Part shown: positions 26,262 through 36,134 of the stretch, piece by piece
Layout of the letters: the number at the start of each line of letters is the position of its first letter
Position numbering within the stretch: position 1 is the stretch's first letter
Made by a program: the position numbers and the translations under genes
The notes under the pieces: generated by a model
What the model saw: only the letters and a program-made list of their open reading frames with translations
What the model was told of the DNA's origin: nothing
Database searches by the model: none
Source of the DNA: Monocercomonoides exilis PA203
Lineage: Eukaryota > Protista > Preaxostyla
Reading direction: 5' to 3'
Length of the DNA: 64,000 nt
NCBI GenBank assembly: GCA_001643675.2
Contig: LSRY02000031.1
Coordinates: 248,001 to 312,000, forward strand

Positions 26262-29058
26262 CCATTGGTGCTATACCCGGAACTCAGTGCCAAACCCGGA
26301 ACTGAATAATTCTTTTGAAAACCAGAGAAGCTTATTCATTGTTCAAAAACACTTCTGTCTTGAATTATAGAATCCATAAATTCATTTTCCAGAAATAAAT
26401 GTTGAATAAGTTAAATTTCTTTGTTTGATTGAGATGAATTGGAAACTCCAAATGCTTCTCTTTCAACTTTTTCTTTTTTTCGCAAATAAACAAGATGCAG
26501 AATATTTTGTTGTCTAAAACGAATTGTTTGAAATTACTGTTGGTCATTTACTGTTTAAGACATCTTCATGATTTAGAAGCCATCTGCAACTTATTTTGAA
26601 TTATTGATCGAAACCCTTAACCATGGAAAATAAACAGCAACTTTCACCTCTGCAGCTCAGACGTACACTTGCCTTAAGTGAATATAGAAATATTAAATCG
26701 GCAAGCCAAAAAGTTTTCGAAATCAAACGCAAAAATGCTGTCAATTTCAAAACAGCAATTGAATCAGGAGCTATTTCGAAAAGCGCATGGTATCGGGGAA
26801 TCAAAGCGGAAAAGTCTGGCAGAGTTGTTAAAAAAGAAGGTCATCCACTATCGATATCCAAAAGTCAGCTTGAAACCATTGAAAATCAGGTTATGGCAAT
26901 GTTATCTGAAGATACAATTGTTCGAGTTAAAGATATTCAATCGATGGTTCTTTTTAATTATCAATTTTAATTTGCATTTGATTTCTTTTCAATATTAATT
27001 TAGTGCGTTGATCTGTCGGAAAAAGAATGTGACGAAAAGCAAATTCCAAAAACAGTGAACTGCAAATATGCTCACAAACTTATTAAAAGAAGTGAAGTAT
27101 TACAATCGGCTTTATCCAGACCACTGGAAATGTCAAAAATTTCAGCTCAGTCACCGGAAAATATTCAGAAATGGTTTTTGGACTTAGCTGAAGTTATCAA
27201 AAAGCATAATATTGATTCATCAACAATCTTCAATTTCGATGAAACTTCTTTAAGCTGCGGTGATACATCAATGAAACTTGTGGTTTGTATGAAAAACCAG
27301 ATTCCTCCTTCTCCGCCTAAACCCCCAAAAGTTCCAAATGCCACATTGTGCTTGTGTATATGCGCGGACGGATCTTCTCTTCCAAGATTTTTGTTGTGGC
27401 CCAGAAAAGAAACTCCAGATGAATTCTCTTCGTTGTCAGCTTTTGATATTCGTTACATTTATTCTTCATCAGGATGGATAACGAAAGAGATTTACAGAGA
27501 AATAATGATTGGTTGCTGGATTCCTCTGATTTCCTCCAAAGTTAAACCGACTTCAACAAAAAAAAGCTCTTCTACTGATGGACAATCACAGATCACATGA
27601 TGATGAATTAGTGACAAGGGAAGCCACAAAGAATAATATTGTTATTCTGAAATTTCCTCCAAACATGACTCATTTACTGCAGCCATGTGATTCTTATGTA
27701 TTTTCTCGTTTGAAGTTCACACTCTACAACAAGTTTTGCTCTCCTTCCAAGTTTTCTTTGAGTGCTTATCGATCTGCTCTCGCAAATGCACTTCCTGATG
27801 CTGTGGCAGCCGCAATTACTCCTTCAACAGTGAAAGCATCATATGTCAAAACTGGAGTGTGGCCTATTGCGGCTTCTTCTGTTCTAACAAGAATTTCATG
27901 TTCTCCTATCTCTTCGTCAAGTGAGAAAAATGTAAAGAAAGCATCTTCAAATTCATGGAAAAATGAATTATTCTGAGATTTTTCTCCAAAGAAAGATCTC
28001 GAAAACCCAACAGCTGGCGAACAAGAATTAGCCCAATCCGTGACAACTGACTTCCAAATAGTGCAAAAGCCATTATCAGTCAAACAATTACCTGTTCGTT
28101 CTTCAAAATCATCCAAATCTTCAAAAGAAACACCTCCTCTCATATCTCAGTTTTCTTCGAAAGTGACATCGTTGAAAGAGATTCAACATCAAATACAGGA
28201 AGCTGAAAACAATTTATCAATTCTTCGTTCTCAAATGAAAGTTTTTGAATCACAATGCACCAACAGTCAACGCTCATCACAAAATTCAAAACGAAGTCAT
28301 GATGATCTCAAAAAGCTTTTGGATTTTTCAAATAATCCTTCGAAGAAAAAATTCTGAATCGTCGAAAAAGAATAAGGAAAGAAGAAGAAGAAGAAAACGA
28401 AACCAATCAAAGCCAAAAAAGACTTCAATTCAGAAAGAAATTGAGCCACCAAAGATCGCTATCTCCTGTTTTTTCAAAAAGAGAGCTTGAAATGAGAAAA
28501 ATAATTCATTCCAAAACACAAGGTGACAGAAAAGAGAAGTGCTGATTTCTAAATCTGGGTTTACGGATAATTCAATAATCATCATTGTGCTCTGTCAGAA
28601 TCCGTTCTTTTTGATTGTTTTGTCTTTTTTTCAGTTTTCTTGTTTTCGCATGTCTCATATTCAACATAATTGCTTTCATCAGGAGAACAATGCAGTCCAT
28701 TTTATTCATTTAAAAAAGAACATACAAAGATGTGGAATGCAACAAGTTTCAATTAAGCAAACAACGATAATAATATATGTTTGATTATCATTTTTTCCAA
28801 ATATTTCCTGAATTCATAGATAATAAATCAAATCATTCTCTTTTCAACTTGAAACTCTCCAGATTAGGGAGTCTTTTTTCCAAAGAATTAAACAAAATTA
28901 TACATTTGTTTTCATTTGTTTTCATTCATTAATCGAAAATAATGGATCCAAATGTTGCAATAATGAAATAAACACAAGATAGAGGCTGTAATGAAACACA
29001 AATCAGAGGGACATTCAGTTCCGGGTTTGGCACTGAGTTCCGGGTATAGCACCAATGG
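26262..29058 (+). mobile_element. pogo-family (DD35D) DNA transposon with perfect 46-bp TIRs and TA TSD
   Basis: TA|CCATTGGTGCTATACCCGGAACTCAGTGCCAAACCCGGAACTGAAT at 26262, with its exact reverse complement at 29013..29058 followed by TA. Confidence 0.95.
26623..27976 (+). pseudogene. DDE_1/pogo transposase with intron 26947..27003 and one +1 frameshift in an A8 run (~27558-27565)
   Basis: Motifs FNFDET, SSSGWI, LLMDNH and THLLQPCD, with 35 residues between D2 and D3. The frame stays open beyond the TGA at 27974 until 28357. Confidence 0.85.
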
Positions 29059-29075
29059 TATTTGAAAGATTTTAT

Positions 29076-29585
29076 GGTAAATGCAGAAAAGAGGGGTACA
29101 TAAATTTTTTCATGGTTTTGAAATGTATTGCAATAAAAATTAATTCACATTCATTTATGTGTTGCATATAAGTGACACATCAAATTAGAAAATTATGAAG
29201 GAAAAATGAAACCAACAATTTCATATTCCAATTTATTTTCAAGTTTTACAATGTTTTGTTCCATTTAATAAATTTGATATGTAAAGGAAAAATTAAATTA
29301 TTTCCGTCAAATACCTAGAAGCAGGACGTAATATCATGGTTTTCAATGGTGTAACATTTAAAGAAGATTTTAAAGTTGCGGATAACCGTGATGCTTCAAA
29401 ATTATTTTTTAAGTTAATATTTTGGGTTTCTTTTTTCCACGATTTTTTTATTGATACACACAAAATTTTCTTCAAACCTAAAAAATTGTTATTATTTGTC
29501 TTATAAATAGCATGTGGCTTGATTATAATGCAGGATGAACGATTAACTTTAACATTTTTAGGTACCTCTATCTTCTGCTCTTACC
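29076..29585. mobile_element. Degenerate ~510-bp MITE
   Basis: Imperfect 29-bp inverted ends (GGTAAATGCAGAAAAGAGGGGTACATAAA vs GGTAAGAGCAGAAGATAGAGGTACCTAAA, 6 mismatches). AT-rich non-coding interior. Confidence 0.5.
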
Positions 29586-30127
29586 TATTTTATTTTTTAC
29601 TGAACAAAGCTTAAAAATTTTTCGAAAATGGAAATGGAAGATCTAAGGAAAGAAATATCAAAAAATCGAAATTCTTTCAACAAAATGATGACCGTACAAA
29701 TAATAGTTTGTTAATTGGGGGAAAATATGAGACTTCAAGCCTTTTCATTGAAAAATTATGCAATTTTCATTCACTTTTTGAGATCAAAAAACATAATAAA
29801 AAGGGATTTATTTTTTGACATTCGTGAAATGTCACCACACTTGTTGTTTTGATTTCAACAATGCCTGTTAACAGATATGAAAATCAAAACAAATTTGAAA
29901 TCTGAGAAAGTAATATTAAGTTATGAGTGAAGCAATTATTTTGTGCTTTGTGCATAAAAAGCTTGAAATTCGGTATTTTCCCCCAATTGATCTCAAAAAA
30001 TGTTGTTATTTATTAGAAAAGAAAACAAACATTCATTTTCTTCTCTTCTTGTTGAGAGATGCCACTTTATGGGTCATGTCACTTGAAGTGATAAAAGGGC
30101 ACGACGACATGTGCTGATCTCAAGATA

Positions 30128-31841
30128 TCTTGCGCCATAAAAAACCATCAGATACTCACTGTTCTTGTTAATTGTTAATTCTTTTTGTATTATTGAAATT
30201 AAGAAAAACAAAGAATTGATGAATATTTTGTTTATTTATCATGTTTTTTTTTGAAATGCTCCATGAAATATGAATGAAAAAAACTCTTACACATATCAAT
30301 TGTTCGCCAAGTGTTGTTTATTGCGGAAGTCCAAAATAAACTGGCATTTTGTCAATGTTCATTATTCCCCATTCCCCTCCCTTTGTTTGTCTTGTTTTTC
30401 TTGTACATGAAAGCGGCAATGATTTGTTGTCCAATTTCACAATTTCTATCACTTTTTTGAAGCTTTCTTCAAAGATCTGGGCTGTTGAAGGAGTTTTATG
30501 AAAATCATTCACAAGCTCACTTTCTTTGAATGCAGAAAAAATATTGATCGATGAAGAAACTTGCAGAATGGCATTCACTGCAACCCACAAAAGTTGTTCC
30601 ATGCAATCATGCGTTGAACCTGATTCAACCTGTTGAATTTGAAGTTTCCAAAGTGAAAAAATTAATAAATCCAATGACTGCAACAAGTGTGTTGTATTCG
30701 GAGGCAAAACCAAAAGCAAAATATTCTCATTGGCAAGACGAGTCAACACATTATCCGATAGGTGGATTCTGCAGCCATCAAGAATCAACACTGCCTGTGT
30801 GTATTTATCTGGCAAAATCATTCTTTTAATGTTGACATGAGGAATGAATACTTTTTCAATCCAGTTTTCAAACCACTCCTTTGTGAAATAAGATGAATTT
30901 CCGACTTCTACGCAACCATGTATTCCTATTTGATAGCCTAGAGACCGAAGGGATCTTGTGTTGAAAGGTTTTTGCACCAGTAAACAAGGAGGAACAAAAG
31001 TTCCATCAAGTGAAATGCAGTAGAGCAATGATATCCTTTTTTCTCCTCTGTCAACAGGCGTGTGATCCATTTCACGATTTTCATTTGTTCCAACTATTAA
31101 GTTCACCTTTCTTGTATCTTCATGCGCGTGATAACCTGATTCATCAGCACAGAAGATCATGGATGAATATTTTCCACACACATATTGAACCAAATGATTT
31201 TTCCAGATGATAATGCTTTGTTCCGATATTTTCATTCTTTTTTCTTCTCTAACGCTTGAAGGAACGATCATCAATTCCTCGCTATGCCTTTTTATGAATG
31301 AAGAATGAAAATTGTGAGAAGGCGTTTTATGACAAACTTTCGCAACAACGTCTCTTAGCGTTTTCGGTGTGATTTGCTTTCTTTCATCTCTCAAATTTTT
31401 TAAAATTTCCATGACTCGTTTTTCTTGCTTTCGAGTCATCAACATGTTTTTTTTCTCGATTACCTTTTTCCTTATATATCCGGTTCTAACCTGGCAGACA
31501 AGGCTCGGTGTGCAGTCGAGTGCCTTTGCAATTCACACATTTGAAGGAATTTTAACTTTTCTAATTTTGCAAGCGTTGAAGAAGGAACGAATTAATGAAA
31601 CTTTCGTTTTTGAAGTGTTTCGCGACAAGAAGGATGAAATGAAGTGGAGGTCCAATTTTGGAATAAATCCTGTTAAAACTGTTTCAAATGAAGATGAGCT
31701 AAAAGTTGAAATTACGAAAGGCATTACCAATAAAAAGATATACAAATATGTTTAACTGAAACAACCATAATAAATAAAGAATTATCGTTGGCAACATTTA
31801 ACAATTAACATGAACGATGAGTGACTGATATTGGCGCGAGA
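30128..31841 (-). mobile_element. pogo-type DNA transposon with degenerate TIRs, inserted between the DIRS ICR and 3' ITR
   Basis: TCTTGCGCCA...ATCAGATACTCACTGTTCTTGTTAATTGTTAA (30128-30178) is inverted and imperfect at ~31798-31841. TA is present only on the left side. It encloses a transposase. Confidence 0.7.
30318..31745 (-). CDS. DDE_1/pogo DD35D transposase; N-terminal HTH interrupted by one in-frame TGA (31533-31535); 375-aa C-terminal ORF is open
   Basis: Motifs FCADESG, LILDGCRIH and TTHLLQSLD (DD35D). The upstream in-frame segment NV*IAKALDCTPSLVCQV is HTH-like. Confidence 0.85.
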
Positions 31842-31887
31842 AGAGAAAAAACATAACAAGGTGGTGGGTAACAAACAGGGGTGGGCA

Positions 31888-31989
31888 AAGAGAAGAAATT
31901 GAATGTTTGTTTTCTTTTCTAATTAAAATGCATAACATTTTAATTGTCAAGTGAACTTCCATTCAATTTCTTCTCTTCTTGTTGAGAGA
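31888..31989. repeat. DIRS internal complementary region (ICR)
   Basis: 31888..31923 is the reverse complement of 30012..30047 (1 mismatch). 31921..31989 is the reverse complement of 36173..36241 (3 mismatches). The two halves overlap at AAT. Confidence 0.92.
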
Positions 31990-32303
31990 AAAACTTAGTT
32001 GGAAGCTGTTGCTTTACAATCTGGACTTCGACCGAAGGAGCGGAAATCATATGTCTTGGACTCTCTTTTGGCCTGTGCCCTTGTGCGAATTATGAAAATG
32101 TCCTTTTCTTCTGGTCTGTGCTGTTCACTGTTCAATGCATCTCGGGTTCAATCATCGTCTCCTTGAGTTTGCAACTTCTTTCCTTTTGTCCTTTTCCTCC
32201 TGACAGTCTTCGTTTTCACCTCTTCCACTAACTCCTCCATGGAAGCATCCACTTCTTCACTCTTTAATTCCTCTTCTGAAAGAGTTCCTTCATTGGCTTG
32301 TTC

Positions 32304-33278
32304 TCATTTTTCTTCCTCTTCATCACTAACTATCGGACTATCATCCCTCCCGCAGTCACCAGTCTTCTGTTCCTTCATTGTTCCAGCAATTACTTGTACC
32401 ATTGACGACGCCAAATTAGTCCTGAAATAGAGCTTAACGAGAGTGTTTGTCTTCGGCGATAGCCTTGCAAACTTAGCAATCTGTGAAGGCGAGATTCCTG
32501 CCATTGTTAATGTTGACAATGTTGCTGCCTTTAAAGAGTACGGCCTGAATCTCTGAGGAACTCCTGCTAGCTTCATTGCCTCCTTTGCTAACTTGCGGAT
32601 ACCCGAGGCAGTCAGCAGCTCGTATGTTATAGTATTGAGCAGAAGTTTGTTGCTGTTCTGTTTTTGTTTTACCGGGAAATACAAATCCCTAATTGCGGAA
32701 GCTGGACAAATAAGTGGGAGATCGGGAAGAAAAGGAACTGCAATCTCCGACCGTGTGTGTGATGTTTTCAACACTGTGTCAAAATATACACCTTCCTCTT
32801 CAAACCGAGAGTTTTCCATGTTGACGCGCTCCAGTTCTGTAAATCTGCAGGCAGAGAAGAGCATTGTTAATGTGATAACCTTCATTGTCAATATCTTGAA
32901 AGATAACTTGTTGTTTGGGCCAAACTCTGTGAAGTATTTTAACAAAATATTCGGATTCCAAATCTCTGGAGCCATTTTCTTTCTTGATGTGTCGTTTCTT
33001 CGGAATGCACGAAATAAAATCCTGATGATAGCGATGTCTCCCAATGCAGTGTTGAAAGCAAGAACTGAATAAAATGACACTGCTGCCGTTACCATCTGTA
33101 TAACAGAAACCTTGAATCCTCTATTCTTCATTGTTAAAAATACATCAATGCATTTGACGGTCCAGTCTGGAAGTTGTCTGGAATATGTCCATGGGCACAC
33201 TTCTTCCACTGGTCTGAAAAGTGCGGGAAACAGAATAAATATCCATCCCATGTCGTTTGTGCAATTCCAGCCTTGCAC
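32304..33278 (-). CDS. DIRS tyrosine recombinase (C-terminal part of ORF3, frameshifted from 33134..35209)
   Basis: IWNPNILL, FSACRFTEL (Arg I), ICPASAI, RPYSLKAA (HxxR position) and KLYFR (candidate Tyr nucleophile). Confidence 0.85.
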   Translation of the reverse strand: MQGWNCTNDMGWIFILFPALFRPVEEVCPWTYSRQLPDWTVKCIDVFLTMKNRGFKVSVIQMVTAAVSFYSVLAFNTALGDIAIIRILFRAFRRNDTSRKKMAPEIWNPNILLKYFTEFGPNNKLSFKILTMKVITLTMLFSACRFTELERVNMENSRFEEEGVYFDTVLKTSHTRSEIAVPFLPDLPLICPASAIRDLYFPVKQKQNSNKLLLNTITYELLTASGIRKLAKEAMKLAGVPQRFRPYSLKAATLSTLTMAGISPSQIAKFARLSPKTNTLVKLYFRTNLASSMVQVIAGTMKEQKTGDCGRDDSPIVSDEEEEK

Positions 33279-35209
33279 TCCTCTGCAAGCTCCAAAGGGA
33301 CATTTCTTTCATGAAGCGCGTGCAGCCACCAGGCTTCACCTCTCTCCTTAATGGATTCAGCAGAATCACTTTCATCCTCCCTGGAGGAAGGCAGGCTCCC
33401 GTCTTCTTCATCCATGGCACCTCCAGAAGAATCTTGGAGCTGTAATTCAATTCCAAGCTGTAATAATTGCTCATTCGATGTAGGATGTCCCAATTCTGAC
33501 CCTTCCAGCTCGGCAGGAGTATAATCGCTCGAGCTTTCTCCATCTGAGCCTTTCGTATTACCATCGGAATCAGAGGTATCGGTGGATGAGCTAGAACACA
33601 CTCGTTGTTTCAAGGAACTGTCAATCCATCTTCGGCAATTGGACTGCCTACTCCACACCATCTTTCCACTTTGTGATTGTGTTCCGATGCAAAAGCATCG
33701 AGAGTCGGTCTCACTTTCAACTGTGAAAGAACCTCTTTGAGTACTTCGTCCTTTATTTCGTAGTCTCCTGCACTTTCCAATCGAGACAGCGCATCCGCTC
33801 TGTGGTTCTTTCTTCCTGGAAGATGTTGTGCTCTTATTATCAGATTCCTTGCCTCCGACCATTTCCATATCTTGCGTAGCACTGGCCGAAGATTCTTCCC
33901 TGCACTCCAACGATTTATGTTGAAAACCACTGAGCTGTTGTCCGATCGCAGCAACAGCTGGGATATTTTGTTTTCTTGAATTGTCTGCGAAAAATGGCGA
34001 AGCGCTTGCAAAACAGCTAGTTGTTCTCTGAAGTTGGACGATTGGCGACGGGCATAGTTGGGGAACTTGGCGTGCCAATCCATAATGTTGTTGTTCACTC
34101 TGAATGTTGCACCCCACGCTGTTTCCGCTGCATCTGTCGTTAATACAGCCTGGGAGATAAACACTGGTTGTAATGGTCTCTGTCGACTCCGGCTCAATAT
34201 CCATTGCCACTCCTGAATCTCCCTCAACACTGAAGCATTCATCCTCATCACACCGCTCCATCCGTATGTCTTCACGTTCCTCTGAAGGAGACGATGATGA
34301 GCTGCAAGGTGAAGTGACGCATCCTGGTATACGAATCTTACTGCGCTGAGCTTTCCAATTGCTGAAGCAAAATCCTTTATTCGAACTGTTTTGGCTCTTA
34401 TTGCCTTCACTCTCCATTGACTTAGCATCGCTTTGAGAGATTACAACCTCTCCTCGCACAATTGAACTGTGAATGCTTCCGTGTCCCATGCAAACCCCAG
34501 AAAAGTGAACTTTCTCCTCGGGGTTGTTGAACATTTGTCCTTGTTGATAATCAAGCCCAGATTTTCCAAAAATCGAATCACCTTGCTTGTGATTTCTTTC
34601 AACATGTTGAAATCTTGATGCAGGAGAATCAGATCGTCCAAGTATGATATCACTCTCACGTTCCATTTTATTTTGATTTCCGTTGTGACTTTCCTCATCA
34701 CTTTTGTGAAATACCTTGGCGCATCTGTGTAGCCGAACGGCATGCCGTTGAAAGCATAATCGATGCCTTCGAACCTGAACGTTAGATAAGGTCTGAGTTC
34801 GTTTGAAACAGGAATTAGATAATAGGCTTGAGATAAATCCATTGTCACCGCGAAGTCGTTCATGCTTATCAATTTTTCGACTGTTCTTTCGTTCTCGCAT
34901 TTGAAATGAGATTTCGTAATTGCAGCGTTTAGTATTCGGTAATGTAAAATCTGCCTCCAGACTCCGGACTTCTTCCGAATGAGGAAAATATTGTTCCGAA
35001 ATTTCACCTCTTTGGGAGGAATTCTGCTCACAATCCCTGTTTCCAGCTGCTCCTTCAATTCCTTTCGAAAAGCAATCTTTTGGTTCATGCTCATTTGTGC
35101 TGCTCCGTCCATGATTTTCCTCTTTTCCAAACCATCTCTTGCCCTGCGATTGCACCAATGAGCCTGGACTCCATTTTTGATTAATATTCCTCCGTCTATT
35201 TTTCTCCAT
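33134..35209 (-). CDS. DIRS ORF3 N-terminal extension, overlapping pol in another frame
   Basis: A 691-codon open frame lies over RT/RH. Its end (GIAQTTWDGYLFCFPHFSDQW) resembles the start of the helical domain preceding DIRS YRs and joins the YR ORF through a frameshift near 33180. Confidence 0.6.
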   Translation of the reverse strand: MEKNRRRNINQKWSPGSLVQSQGKRWFGKEENHGRSSTNEHEPKDCFSKGIEGAAGNRDCEQNSSQRGEISEQYFPHSEEVRSLEADFTLPNTKRCNYEISFQMRERKNSRKIDKHERLRGDNGFISSLLSNSCFKRTQTLSNVQVRRHRLCFQRHAVRLHRCAKVFHKSDEESHNGNQNKMERESDIILGRSDSPASRFQHVERNHKQGDSIFGKSGLDYQQGQMFNNPEEKVHFSGVCMGHGSIHSSIVRGEVVISQSDAKSMESEGNKSQNSSNKGFCFSNWKAQRSKIRIPGCVTSPCSSSSSPSEEREDIRMERCDEDECFSVEGDSGVAMDIEPESTETITTSVYLPGCINDRCSGNSVGCNIQSEQQHYGLARQVPQLCPSPIVQLQRTTSCFASASPFFADNSRKQNIPAVAAIGQQLSGFQHKSLECREESSASATQDMEMVGGKESDNKSTTSSRKKEPQSGCAVSIGKCRRLRNKGRSTQRGSFTVESETDSRCFCIGTQSQSGKMVWSRQSNCRRWIDSSLKQRVCSSSSTDTSDSDGNTKGSDGESSSDYTPAELEGSELGHPTSNEQLLQLGIELQLQDSSGGAMDEEDGSLPSSREDESDSAESIKERGEAWWLHALHERNVPLELAEECKAGIAQTTWDGYLFCFPHFSDQWKKCAHGHIPDNFQTGPSNALMYF

Positions 35210-35601
35210 TCTTGTATATAGTCCGCTGTCCGACCTCCTATCTTTCCAGCTTTTAAAGTCCTTCTCGTCTGAGCTAGCTCCAATTCTTCTGCAGTCCCGC
35301 GGTTCGTCCTGTTGTGTTTTTCTTCCAATAATCTCTCCTTGGTCCTGCGCTTCTGAACGTCGACGACCGGGGACTTCCTTGAAAAAAGTGTTTTTTTCCA
35401 GAAATTTGTGGTGTCGGATGATATTATTTGGAGAAGAATCCTTTTGGAGAAGAATAAATATATGAAGATCCCTGCTGCCTCTTCTGCTCCTTTGAAAGCT
35501 TTTCCAAAATCTGTTCCTGACGCTTTGTTAGCAGGCCTCCTGATGGTTCCGAGTCCATCTTTTCCGCCGCGCGAAAACCGAATCTTCCTTCGATTCTGCA
35601 C
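33145..35601 (-). pseudogene. DIRS pol: reverse transcriptase, RNase H and N6-adenine methyltransferase-like domain, with two in-frame stops
   Basis: RT motifs MDLSQAYY, GMPFG, YLDD and FLGF. RNase H motifs TDAA, NFRE, RSDN and ADALSR. MT motifs LDAFAS and AHPP. The three ORF pieces share one frame, split by TAA (34441) and TGA (33610). Confidence 0.92.
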
Positions 35602-36134
35602 TTCCTCGCTTCATGAAGTGCTTGAGAAACCATTAGAATTACATCCTTGATCATCTGTTCGCGGCTCTCTTTCTCGTCGCTCTTGATTTGAATAGACATT
35701 AGTAACGCCTTGAATGCTGGATATAAAAATATTTCAACCCGTTCGCCTGCTTTATCCAAAGCATCTCTGTACCAAAAAGATGTTCTGCTTGCTGCTGGGG
35801 GTGATGCTTGTAATACCAGGCTGAAATCCTGTTCGTTGTAACATGTCGCAATATCTTCCACAATTGTCTTAGAAATTCTGACATCAAACAGAGAGGTTGT
35901 TGGCTCTTCGCCAAATATTGATTTGAACAAATCATCAACAGTTCGAGAATCTGCGGTTTCGGAAAAGATGGGGGAAGGCTGTTGTTCTTCTTCAGCGTGT
36001 GAAAAGATATTCGAAGAAGCTGTTGGTATCTGTGAGCTATTGCATTGGGAACTCGTTGGCCCACTGATCTGCATAGCAGAACCAGAAGAAGGTGCGAACC
36101 CGGCTTGCAATGGAGTTTGCGGTATGCTAAACAT
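35424..36134 (-). CDS. DIRS ORF1 (gag-like)
   Basis: 236-aa ORF starting just inside the 5' ITR and overlapping the start of pol. The assignment is positional. Confidence 0.65.
   Translation of the reverse strand: MFSIPQTPLQAGFAPSSGSAMQISGPTSSQCNSSQIPTASSNIFSHAEEEQQPSPIFSETADSRTVDDLFKSIFGEEPTTSLFDVRISKTIVEDIATCYNEQDFSLVLQASPPAASRTSFWYRDALDKAGERVEIFLYPAFKALLMSIQIKSDEKESREQMIKDVILMVSQALHEARKCRIEGRFGFRAAEKMDSEPSGGLLTKRQEQILEKLSKEQKRQQGSSYIYSSPKGFFSK

Noticed and set aside
33145-33760. Adenine methyltransferase as a novel captured gene or restriction-modification system
   Set aside because: An MT-like domain after RNase H is a known component of DIRS1-type pol.
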